A stretch of 64,000 bases of DNA, from NCBI GenBank assembly GCA_024679065.1, contig JAGIQG010000026.1, forward strand, positions 36,084,001-36,148,000, given 5' to 3'. Shown one piece after another: positions 40,501 to 54,376 of the stretch; the stretch's first letter is position 1, and every line of letters begins with the position of its first letter. The notes beneath the pieces were generated by a model. That model saw only the letters and a program-made list of their open reading frames with translations. It was not told the origin of the DNA and did no database searches. A program made the translations under genes and the position numbers. The stretch is from Sphyrna mokarran. Its lineage: Eukaryota.

Positions 40501-43500
40501 ATTCAAGGTAGTTTAACTTGCAGTAGCTGTCATATGGTCTCATGTCATGTATGTTAGGGTATTAAATTATGGAATGTCTTAACATGCTTGTACTGTCTAG
40601 CTCCAGAGCTTTTGTTCAAACTATACTATGGAACAGGAAATTCAGTATTTTTTTTCCACCTTAAAGAAATCCTTTCCGATTTTATCTCTTTTATATTCTA
40701 AGCTTTTAGTCAGCTCAAGTACAAAAAATAAGCATCTGAAATGTAAATTTATCCCCATGTCCATTGTGCATAAAACACTTGGAGCCAATTTAAAAACTGT
40801 CTCAGTGTACATGCATCTGAATTAGGCTAGAAACAATGAGATTCAAATTCCCATTTGCTTCCTTGCCTGATTGCACATCCAGTGCATTCATCAGAACATG
40901 GTGTGGTACCATACAGCATGTACTGTTTAAGGCAAAGTATAAAACTAGTGTGATTAATTTAAATTAGACCAATACATTCAGAATTCAAATCTAAACTATA
41001 AAAGACTTTTCCTTTTGCAACTTTACAGTAACTATTCAGTTATCTGCATCATGGCTCGTTAAAAAAAGAGAAATTGAGTATTCTGTTTCCACAAGAAATT
41101 TAAATAGCTGTCCATAAGCATAGCTATAATCTAGGATTAAAAATATTAGTGCAACTTAAAAACTGTGTGGACCATTTTTACAGAATTTTGGCAGTTGACT
41201 AAAAATCAAATTTTGATAAAAGCTTCACCTTCTGAATTCTGGTGTTTCAACTAAAAAATCCACCTACACCTCAGATTTTAAAATACCCAGTTCGTTACAT
41301 TACACTGCATGTACATAATTTATTAAAAAATAACAAAGGAAAACAAAAAGCAGCTCCTAAATGCACACTTTCTCCAGATGAGATAGTTGCAATAAGATTA
41401 AGGATTTAAAATGGCTGGGATAATGCAATTACAAGTCAACTTTACCTAACTGTAACTTCACATAGTTGGCTATTTGTGTATAACCGTGCATATACAAGGG
41501 GGAACCTAGTGTTCAAAGTTGCTACAGGGCTACTCTTTTAAAGTGCTGTTCATTTCCTCTATATAAAAAAGCATGTTTCATATTTAAGTGGTCCTTCATG
41601 CTAAAGATAGTTCTAAATTAAATCACAAACTAAATGGGATGCCTATTATAGTAAATATAAAGCATTTCATTCTTGTTAGAGATGCAAGGATTGTATAGCA
41701 ACAATTTTTTTTTTAACATTTATCACCTCGCACCTTCAGCAGGTTATGGGGTTAGAACTGTCACAGTCTGAATTTTGAGTTCAGTAAGTTGTGTGTAGAC
41801 AAATTACACACATGCAGAATTATAAAAGGCCTTGAACATAAAGGTTGCACCATTTCTGTTGACTCTTGATGTTGGATTCAAGTTAAGTGCATGAAGCCTA
41901 CTGCATTTTGCCAATATATTAACCTGAGGCTCCCATTAGCAGCTATACAAGCACAGCCCAGGGAACAGAACCTAGTTAAGACAATATTAAATCTAAAAGT
42001 ATTCTGCAGATGACACTATGACAGAATATATTTCACACTTTTAGTCATAGAAATATTTAATATATAAAATTAAAAAAAAGGCAACCAAAGTAAATGAAAG
42101 GCCCAGCGCTGCTGCTGATCTAACAAGCTGTATAGGAAACTTCATAAATCACTTAATATCACACCTCTGATTTGGCATGTTGTTTCGAGAGCTAGTGCTC
42201 ATAATTATCACTTGGTCCCATTTTTATTCTTAATGTCATTTAGGTTGTCATACGAAGCCTTCACTATTCTCTCTGGGGGAGGGGGGTATGATTACAAACA
42301 TCGACTAGTAATGCTCCCAATTCAGCTATTGAAGGCTTTTAATATCCACTGGTCCTGTCTCCATTCCACTTTTTTAGGTTAGGATGGATGGATCTAACAT
42401 TCACTAGTATTTCTTTCTTCACAGAAATAGCTGATAAAATTTTCAGGTCTGACTTGATATCCACCTGTGTTCTGTCTTCTTGTTAAACACCTATCACATT
42501 AAAGTACACGAAAAAGCATATAATGCACTAACATCTGATTTCATCTTGGGATCGGGAAAAACTACTCATTGTATGGAAGTCAGGCACTCTCTTCCAAAAC
42601 CTGCAAATGAGTACTCTTTCTTTCACAGTCTCAGATATTCTTTTAATAGCAAATCACAGGATAAATAAAATCTACTCAATGTTGAGCGCAAAACAGTGGT
42701 GACAGAACGGGCCTCTATATTAAAAAGACCATCTTAATTAAATGTTTTAACAGACACTCAGATATCAAAGTGAAAATGCAATAATATCTATCACTCAGAA
42801 ACAGTGGAAACAAACCACAAACATCAACGACTTTTCCTTGTTTGATTCCACCCAAAATACGTAAGACTTCACAGAATAAGTATATTAATTAAGACTGAGT
42901 GGGATTGATCAAAAGATAACATTTATTGTAAACTAATTTTATTTTCAAATATAATTTACCTGAAATGCTGAACTCAAGTTTCCAAATGGGTGGCTAAATT
43001 TTTCAGAATACAAATACATATTGCTGCAGCAATTGAGCAATACACAATTGCTCCAATAAAATTACTAGGTCATAAGTAATTTCCTTTTCATCAGTTTTTT
43101 GTTCCTTTGTTTCTGAAGAAAATGAAGGCTTGCTGGTGTGGTGCCATATGTTCTCCAGCAATTAGCCTAAATAACCATTATTTACGTGAGCCTTGTCAAT
43201 GGGGGGGGGGGGGGTAAAAGGAGAGGAAGGGAAATGCCAAAAAAAGAGTTCTTAGCCGAATATAATCCTATCCTCATTTCTATCAGGGGATCTTTGTATT
43301 GGAATCAGGAGCGCGAACAGCGACTAATTTCCCCTCACCCATGAGCACCAAGACCAACTGCCACATACTCAATTATCATGGCTGAGACCACTAACTTAGC
43401 AATGATCAGAATTTAAGTCTTCTTCATTTCTATTTTTAGTTATTTATTATGCAAATTCATTGAGCTGCTGACTCTGATTGCAAAAAACATTATAATATTT

Positions 43501-46500
43501 CCCCAAATTGCTGAAAATAAGACACATAATCTACTTTAGGCATCAAATTGGCTGAGGAAACTAGAAGACTATTCCAAAATGGATATACAGCAGATCTTAT
43601 TAAATCTGAAGATCTGTTTAGTGGAATTCAGACAATGTATAAACTGATATTGTCTCTAGGAGACAATATATAAACCCATGTCATCCAAGATAAATTTGTT
43701 ACTTTGCCTGCACCTTTCCCAGTTAAAATATTGCCAACTGGAAACAGACTTCTCTGCCTGCAGTGAACTAAAACAACTGCATGTTACTTGAATGGGCAAG
43801 TAGTGTTTTAACTTCTTCAATTTGTCCTTTTCTAAAATAAATCCAAAATATATCACAAAACTTCACAAACTGTACTTTTGAAAGACATGAATAATACTGA
43901 CATGACCTACAGGTGCTCTTTTTGGGGGTGGCAAAAGTCAAATTCTGCTAAGATTTCAAAATCTAAGGCAGCGATGATTAGCCTAATTTTCAAAAAGGGC
44001 AATTTGGAAAAACTGAACTCTAGAGTGATGCATAGGATCATGCATTATATTTTCAATCAGTAGCATGCTTTTACTAGAATTCCTCACTTTTGTGCAGTTC
44101 ATTCACAGCAGATTACAAACTAGGAAATACCACATAAAATCCAGCTATATGAAGCTATATTTTCAGAGCTTCTGTCAAGAGATTCTGGTCAGCTCTATCT
44201 GAATTTACTAATCCACAAGTGGTAACAGTCAATTGTCATGAGCCAATTTTACTGGTAGAGTTTAATTGATTAAGATTTCCAATATCCACTCCAGGTGTTT
44301 GAACATAAATTACTGATGGCCAATTACAACTTTTTGGGAAACATATGTTTTGTTTACATGGGGCTTAGCAATCATTTGCAATAGTGTACATATGCTAAGT
44401 GAAGGAATATTGACTATTAATCGGGCCTCTTCAAAATGTATTTTACAGTTCTATTTTACAAATACAATAATACAAAAACAGTTTGGTGAGAACCAATGAA
44501 TAGGAAGATAAATTATTTAGATATGTTTTTAAAAACTGTCCAAGTTATTTCAGATATCACCCATGTTCTTCTGATAATGTCACTAAGACTAAGAAATCAT
44601 TAACTCTCATGTTAGAGATTTTGAAATAGAAAATTAAATTATATTCACGCTGGAAGTATGTTTCTTTCTTTGGTGGTGGGCAGGAGTACAGGTTGATAGG
44701 TAAGAAGAGAAGGCAAAGAAATATAGGCAGGGAATTTTTCTGGAAGCATTAAGTAGGAGAAAAGCACACCCTGAAATCTTAATTTAAAAAGATGTACAAC
44801 TGGGAGACAGGGGAGGAAGAAGAATATGGTATTAATTGCAGCCACCTTGTTGATTCCTTAATTAAACTGAAAAGATTTTAAGCTGGTGAAAAACCTTTTA
44901 TAGCTACACTTACATCAATTGCAGGATTTAAAAAAAACTATAAGAGGCAACAATTGTGTGTGCACCTTTTGTTTTGGGGGGGTAGATTGGAATAACTAAT
45001 TAGGACAGTAATAAATTAGAAGTGCCAACATACAGATATCCCCTGCAAAACAGGAATCAATACAGACAAAATCATTATGACTCGTACCTTTTCATAAAAG
45101 ATAACTGATCTGTTGTGAATCACTACCAGGAGATGCAACCCTAATTCTTCACTATGAAAACTAATTTACAATTTATTCTACTGAGACAAGGCATCAAAGC
45201 TTTCCTAAATCTCCACCCAAAAAATCAAATTGTGGGCATAAAGCAAAGCAGGCCAGAGAATGACAAGTTGCAGATCAGTGCGATATCTGTAAAGAGAACG
45301 CCATCTCAGTTTGTGTTTTTGAAAAAGTGCAGCAGAATTGCTTTTATACACTACACATTAGTAGTCCAATTCATATTAGTTAGATGCTGTGCAGTAAATA
45401 AGCAGAGAGCAAGTATGAATGAAGATAGGTGCAAGTTAAATCCACTTAGTTTAACTGTCAAACTAAAGCATGCTGAATGGGAGAACAAAGAAGCAATGGT
45501 TGTGACAGGTGTCCAACCGTAATTGCACATTACCCTTCAGTTGGAAAAATACATCACCAGTCCTCGGGTTACAAATTAAATTAATAGTTGACCATTCACT
45601 AGTTAGCAATTAGAATTATTGGTTTGTCATTACAGACAAACTGGTCTAGAAATCAACTAAAGAAAAAAAAAAAAATCAGGTATCAAAAACTTTACCATTT
45701 CAATCACACAAAATACCAAACGCAACTTTTGTCACATATCATATTTGTGGCAAAGTATGCTGTTGAGTATTACAAAGTCCTAGCAAAAATCATTCTTCAA
45801 ACATGCTAAACTTGATTTTACTAGAAAATGTAAACTCTCAAACAAATGCACAAGGTGTCAGCCAGATTCTATTTTCACAATAGGGTTTTCTTACATACAT
45901 GTTCTGAAAATGGTTGAGTAACTGAACACATTTAATCAGTTGAATAATAAATCAATTTATAAAAGTGAATAATTAGCTCTGAACCAAATTAAAGTCAGAT
46001 TGTGATGAAAATCTACGCACACAATCACATAGATAATCCAACTGCTTTGTTATTCTCCTCTGCAGACTATTCCTAATTATTTCAGATACAAATTACATCT
46101 CAAATATCATTTCTTGTGTGAAAAACTTCTATTTTCCACTAGAATGTAACTGATATTTAGGAAATAGCATTGAAGTAAATTCTGAAATATTACCATAATC
46201 AATCTGTTCTCTGAATAAGACCGAACTGCATCGAGCACTGGAAACTACAATATGCCAGGCAATGCCAGGTGAAAAAGCACCTTCAAGTGAAAAATGAGAA
46301 TCTTATATCAGGCGTTACGGCTTTTAGCTTCCTGAAATTGCAATTTCTCTACAATTTTGCAAAATTCAAAACGTATGGTATACAAAAAATTAAGTACATT
46401 ATCTTCCAGCTTCTTTAAAGGACTAAAGAGCTGAGGAATGAGGAAAAGTCATCTGCAAGTCCACTTTGCTTAACTATTCATATTTTCAGATACTCCAAAA

Positions 46501-46828
46501 ACATTCACAAATCATATTCTGGTGTTTAAACGTAGTGCACTTGGCCAAAAAGAAAGTGGCCCAAAATAAATGGAACATTTGGTGTCACTCCCTTTACCAT
46601 ACATTTGAGGCTAAGTATCAGTGCGCATTTACCATGGGCCCAAGAAGTTTAATTTCCTCAATCATATTCATAATCATGCACTAAACATAAGCAATACAAC
46701 TTCACTTCCCTCCTTGCAACCTCTCTTAATTCAAACAGGACCAGTGGATTTGTGTCTGCATTTAATTTTGACAAAGATTTAAAAGCCGGCTACAGCTAAC
46801 TGTCTATTGAAGGTTCAAGTCTGATTAA

Positions 46829-46834
46829 TTTATT
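46829..46834 (-). promoter_or_regulatory. Candidate proximal poly(A) signal of ELAVL1
   Basis: First AATAAA I found on the minus strand after the stop (about 1.4 kb downstream), following a long U-rich tract (47070-47190). Confidence 0.45.
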
Positions 46835-48216
46835 TAAAAGCTCACCAGTTAGCATACAAAACTTTCCACTCAAAATCCCCTGCTAGCACTCCTGTAAAAA
46901 GTTTGTTTATAAAAATAGATGCTCTGTGAAGCCCATTTCAGCATAAGGTTGTAAAACTCTTTGGCAGGGTACCTAAAAATCAGGTGCCTGTCTGCACACT
47001 GGCCCCTCAATCCCTACTCTTAATTTTAAAACAAAATTTTGAAGCGCTAAACAGCAAATGAACTTTAAAAGAGAAAAATAACAAAAACTAAACAAAATTG
47101 GAGCAAAACAAAACAAATTTAATGATCATAAATGCAAAAGTAAAATCAATAGTCAAACAAAACAAAGGAAACAAAATGAAAAGAAATTATATAACAGAAC
47201 ATTAACTAAGTTCAAAGGCAGTTTGTAAAAATTTTTAGATTAGTCTTCTTTAAGTCTATTTTAACAAAGCTTTGTGTTGACAGCTAACCTGCATGAAAAA
47301 AAACATTAAGTACTTTCTATTCTGATGCATTATCCCAATTTAGCATGTCAATTATGCAAAAACAAAAACTTTTTAAAAAAAGAAATGGAGTTCACTAGAT
47401 GGGGTGCAACAAACCTACAAATGTTCAAATGTTTGAACTTCTATGATAATATTACAGACAGAATAATCCTGTATTACATGAGATTTCCCAACCAAAATGT
47501 TCCTTTCAACCAGAAATTTGGCAAAATTGCGAGTCACCTGCTCCATTTTTGTACCGTACACTGTAAATTTCATTAATTGACTCATGGTTGTACTTATGTC
47601 AGGAATTAAAACCGAATTGTTTTGCACTTACCTCCATATTTCATGGGACAAGGAGAACACAGAAGGTGCCATTTATACTTATCTATAGAAAACTGTAAAT
47701 TACAGCCATGGCTCAGAAGTCTGGATGAACTTATTACTAAACATTAATTTTATAGGCACAAATCAACATTTTAATTCAAAAAGGTTTACTAATGCATAAA
47801 GCCTATGCTAACATGTCGTGCATTCATGAAATCGCTTTCTCAAATGCAAGCAGAAATTAACTAAGAGCTGCTAGTCATGTAACTGATTACATTAAAATGG
47901 AATGAATGTTGTAATTTAAAGCGATATTATTTCAAATTCAAGGAACTAATATACAGTTTAGTATTTTACCCTCCTTTTTTGGGTATGTAGGAAGAAAGGA
48001 GGGGAACATGGAAGGAAATGTATCAAACTTTTGAACATTTCATGTTAGTTGCATCCCAGAGTACTAATATAAAAAATCCTTTTCACTTATTCTTCTAGAA
48101 TGGTAGACAAAACACTTTTGTCACAACAGTAAGAGTTGCTTTACACTAGTGGACTTATTCACCGTTCAGCAGTGTTATTTCTAATTGAATGCTTACAAAT
48201 GAGCACAAGCTTTAAA

Positions 48217-48591
<375 letters not shown>

Positions 48592-50835
48592 TCAAAGGTG
48601 ACGAAAACAAATGAAAATTAGTAAAAAAATTCTCATACCCTTCCCCTCCAAAAAAAAGGACAATAAAAAGTTCAATACATGGGTTTGGGAAGACTATTGC
48701 TGTTAAGCCACTAATTTAAACTTAGCGGACCTGATTCATCCAGACAAATGTAGGATCCACAGTACACATCTTTCACTTAAAACTGGTATAAAGCATTTTA
48801 TGGGATTCCAAACCCCTACACTGTTGCTGGACACAACTCATTGTGCATTTTTACACAAGTACAGTCAAAGAGTTATCAAGTTTCCTTCTGCCAGATTCAT
48901 TCCACAGACAAACAAGTATAGCTTCTTTACCAACACAGCTTTTTACATCCACTGGGACAAAGGAGCAGCTTTATCAATGCGAACACAAGATCAGAATTTT
49001 CTGGTCGTTTTTGCTGGAGGGTTCTTCCCGTTCCACTAACAGCAGAGGGCATAAAATAGGAAACTCTGTTGAGAGGCAGGATCAGAAGATCCCACCGCCA
49101 ACCAATGGCAGGCCTGAGTGCAGAAAATTCCACCCAGAGTTGCCTTATTGGCTTCATTCTCCTGCAACTTGAACTACAGAATTATCAAATAAATGCATCT
49201 AAACTGATACTTTATTCCAGTCAAAAACCAAAGCTACATATTAAAGTGCCTAATACTAAATCCTGCAATTATCTTCGACTTTTTTGCAAAGGTAGCATCT
49301 GAACAAATCCTAGATTATTCGCCATATTTGTAGCACACATAAATAGATGATGCTAGATATTTTTGACAAGACAAATAAGAAAGTATTTTCAAATGTCAGC
49401 TGCAGTTCAAAAGTTACTTCAACTTTGGAATATATAGTACATCTAAATTATATGCTGACGCAGTCCAAACCTCATTTTTGCTTCTGTATCAGTGGAGACC
49501 TGAACTATCAAATAATGGTGCCAGCATTCACAATAGGCAGAAGCACATTGCTCACCAGTTATCTTCTCCCATTCAGTATTATTCAGCGAATGAAAATTCC
49601 CGAAACCAAGTGATTGCCTCTTCATTTGCTGAGTTAATGGCGATTAGTCCACTACTTACTCTGTAGAGGGGACACTCCTTGGTAATGAGCAGCATTGTTT
49701 GTCTCTCCACTAGTATACTGTTGCCATAGCAGTGGAGATAGCTGCAAAGGGGACCTGAACCTGTTTAGCAAGGATCACTCTCACCATGGTAGTTCAAAGC
49801 CTGTCATTTAACAGATAGGGTTTATCACAAGGAAATTAGTTCCATCCAGAGTACAGTATTGTAAAAATTTTGAGGAACGTCTCATTTAAAGGGTGTGGAA
49901 AGTTGCTGAGGTGATACACATGTTAGCTTGTTGCATTCCTGCTGTGTCTGCTTGATATTTTTTAAATTCCTCACTAGAAAATTAACTGTTTATGTCAGTT
50001 GCTTTATGCCCCCAGGCAAGTCCTTTGCACTCACTTGCCCTTAAATCAGATATGGCTAGAAGTGAGAGGGAGAGTTGCTGTTGAGGTTTGGCCAATCTAC
50101 TTAGCATTAGCCAAAATAACTGTTAGAAAGTAACAGAGCCCAAGAATTGTCTTCTAATAATTCCATGTTGTCATAGTTAAGGCACTTTTAGTCTGTCACA
50201 TTTCCACAAAGATACAACTTAATGTTCAGCATTTTCCCCAGGAGCCAGGCTTAATAACAATGATGTGACCTCACCTCTTTCCCATTGTAGCAGGGACAAG
50301 GAAAACAACAGGGAAAATGAGAAAAATAGTGGGAAAAAATGCAGTGCAAGATACAGACATGCTGTGGGTTCAAAACACCAAAGAGCACAATGTATACTGG
50401 GGTTGCCATGGTGTTGAATGACGATTCCACCTAAATCAAAATGGACAGAATGGATTTAATCATTTGTATATCATTTGATAGTTCTGAAGAATGGATCTGG
50501 CCAATTACTACAAATATTTGAAAACCCGTTCCCTCATAAGATATCGACAGTATAAAGTTCCACTCAATAGCCAAGTCTTTCTGGTCATGCCCATCATCGT
50601 TCCAGCATTCATTTTCAAAAGGGACAATGAGTGACAAATCTATCTATAATATGAACAGAAATTCAAAAATTATTGGAGTTAATCAGGATCCAAATTGCTG
50701 CTCATTAATAAATGGTCAAACACAGCTATCCCAGTTGCAAAGTTCGGTACTATATCTGAAAGAATTCACAAATTCTAACAGGAAAACACTGTCAAAACAA
50801 TGCTGCAACCTCAGAGTTCAGGAAGACTGAAGTCA

Positions 50836-51279
<444 letters not shown>

Positions 51280-52033
51280 CTAGTGTGCTGGCAATCCAGT
51301 TACAATTGGTTTAGAAAATGCAACCTGTTGATCTATATTAAGGTAAATTATTTTAATAACTTAAAAAAATTAAAAATGTGGTATCAAGACTGGTTGCGAT
51401 CATAATTACAGGAAAAAAATCCATTAGGTATGAGTGCCTAAAAATCGTCAATCCTTGGTCTATGTGATCAAAGTTCTTGGATGTAATATTGCACTTCAAC
51501 AATTTAAAATGTTAACATACAAAAGCCTTAAGTATAATTTCATACAGGAATGCAATACAGAATTTAACCATTTTAGTGAATTTTGGTCGAATTAATTGGG
51601 AAACCATATCCCAACAAGTAAGTCAAAGCTACCTTCAGAAATATTGTCAAAAGAATTTGAAGAATGTAATCCTGAGCATTTGGAGCTGGCTGGGCTGCTG
51701 GCACTATTAAATAATATTTGAATGCTTAACAATTAAAATGGTATTAAGCAAAACAAAATCTGATCTGTATTCAAGAGAATCTGAGGTGTTAGCTGAATAA
51801 CTTCTGGATAACAGGAATAAGAGGAGAATAATATAGAGAACAAAAGCCAAGTTGCCAGATATGTTTCCACACTCATGATTAAGCAAGTTAACAAAAACGG
51901 GCACTATAATGAGCAATTTATCTCCACTTTAATGCAGTCTGACAAAGTTCAAAGACAATATTCCGAAGTTACAAAGATCAACTTTATGAATACTTAAATA
52001 TATTCCTTTCATTACTGATAAACATAAAAGTTA

Positions 52034-52195
<162 letters not shown>

Positions 52196-53140
52196 TCAAT
52201 TAACATATTCATTTCTGGGATTAGCAGTTTAATAATAGATATGTAAAGGGCATGTCTATTTGAATCGTGACAAACAGATTTTGTTCTACTCTTCCCAAAT
52301 AGCACATTTCGATATCTTAAACATTAATTTACAAAAGGTATATACTGTTAGCATTAGCACGAGAAGTATTTTGAGAAATTATTTAAGAGCACGGCAAGAA
52401 GAAACATTGAAGTACATTTGCTTCAAATTTTTCTGTACATCAGCGATACCAATACCTTACTTGATTCTAATAACAAACTGACGACTAGACACTTTGCATT
52501 TACGCTCGTAGATTTAATTGTTATTTTTAAACATTTATCAGAGCATTTGTTTTTGAAGCAGTATCTATGATTAACTCCTGTGACGTTTAATTTGATTTCA
52601 CTTGAGAGTACACAGTACTCTGTCACTTGTCCCCTTAAAAAGTATGTACATTTGATCTCAGGGCTTACATGTGCTGAGTCTGAAGGCACATGTTCTAAGG
52701 AGGTGCACAAAATTCAAACTGAAGATAACACCTAGCTTTTTAAGGAAGGATCTCATCGCCAACCGAAACCTCAACTGCAGGACGATTGAAGAAGCTTCAA
52801 AGCTCACTAAAAAATGTAATTTATAAATCACTATATCACCATAAGATGTGAACTTTATCACGGTGAAATTTTGTTCAACTCAACTTATAATCCAATATTT
52901 AAGCACCATAACAGGGCAGTTGCAGTTGATGAACATTGCCCAGCATAGAATTAAGCCAAACAGATTATGTTTCACCAAGTTATTGATCGAAGTGAGAACA
53001 ACAGGAGTTTACCATAACTGACTTCATCTCCGGACTAAGAAAGAGGACAAAATACCGATGTTTAGCACAAATCAATAACTTTGAGGCTGTAATGAAAAAA
53101 GATCAAATGTTGTACATATTGTGAAACATGCACAAGGTTA

Positions 53141-53266
<126 letters not shown>

Positions 53267-53436
53267 TTAAAAGTAAGTGTTTGGTTAGCAACAATCCAGG
53301 TAAATTTCCAGGAAGGAAAAGCTCTAATTTTATGACATGCTATTTCCAATAAAACTTTAATCTGCATAAGCACTCAAAGTTTTACAGGCTACATTGAGCG
53401 GAAGCAACTCTTCATACAAACAAGTCAGAAATGAAG

Positions 53437-54376
53437 GGAGTGATTCCCCCATTCTGCTGCACCGACTTTTTTTTTAAGCATAGCGGGATGGGAGATTTTA
53501 GCAGGGCCAGATGAGTGCAATTCACGCTATGCGCCTGGCACCAAGCGCATTTGTCATGATGTAGAGATACCGGCATTGGACTGGGGTAAACACAGTAAGT
53601 AGTCTGACAACACCAGGTTTAAATCCAACCAATTTATTTGATAGTAAACTCGCAAGCTTTCGACTCTACGGCCTTCATCAGGTGAATCTTATGGCTTGAC
53701 GAAGGCCATAGAGTTGAACGTTTGCGAGTTTACTGTCAAATAAATGGTTGGATTTAAACCTGGTGTTGTCAGACTACTTACTGTACCAAGCGCATTTCCC
53801 AGTGCTAGATATCCAGCGCTGGCAGCTCCGCGCTGGATATAGGAGTGGAGCTGCATAATTTATGTTAATTCGAATTTAGATGCTATTTACATGCTCTTAG
53901 GGGGCCTGGGACTGCCCAAGGTGCAAAGTGTCAATGCCCAGGGGCACCTTGGCACTGCTCACCAGCAGGGGCAGTGCAGTGAGGGTAGTGGGTTCTGTTT
54001 CCTCTTTGACTTTGGGATCATGAGCATAGGCCAACAATTCTTTGTGGGAAAGGGATTGGAAAGGCCAGCGTTGCAGTGGTTGCGGGGCTGGCCGGCAACT
54101 GGGAGGCCAGCAGACAGGGACCAATGCGCAAACATTGATTCAGTACTGATAAATCAACGCATGTGCAGTAATCCACTCAGCACAATGCTGCTGGCCTCTC
54201 CAGCAGGAATAGGGCCTATCCCCTGATTTTCAATCGCGATTCACACTACTGCACTCTGCAGTGCATAGAGTATAGGAAATTCTTCTCTGAGCTTCCACTG
54301 GGGAAAAAAAAACGTGATTTACCCCAGTTTTCATGCAAATTTGACATTTAGAATTTTTTTGGGAAGGATCCAGCCT
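53437..54376. mobile_element. Probable non-autonomous DNA transposon (Harbinger-type MITE) hosting the palindrome
   Basis: GC-richer block with degenerate inverted termini (gggagtgattcccc...gggaaggatccagcc). Similar short elements lie near 10655, 13521 and 48990-49135. Confidence 0.45.
53553..53784. mobile_element. Palindromic non-autonomous Penelope terminal-repeat derivative
   Basis: Inverted arms of about 90 bp (53592-53682 and 53695-53784) and a 13-bp TSD accaagcgcattt (53540-53552 and 53785-53797). Confidence 0.85.
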
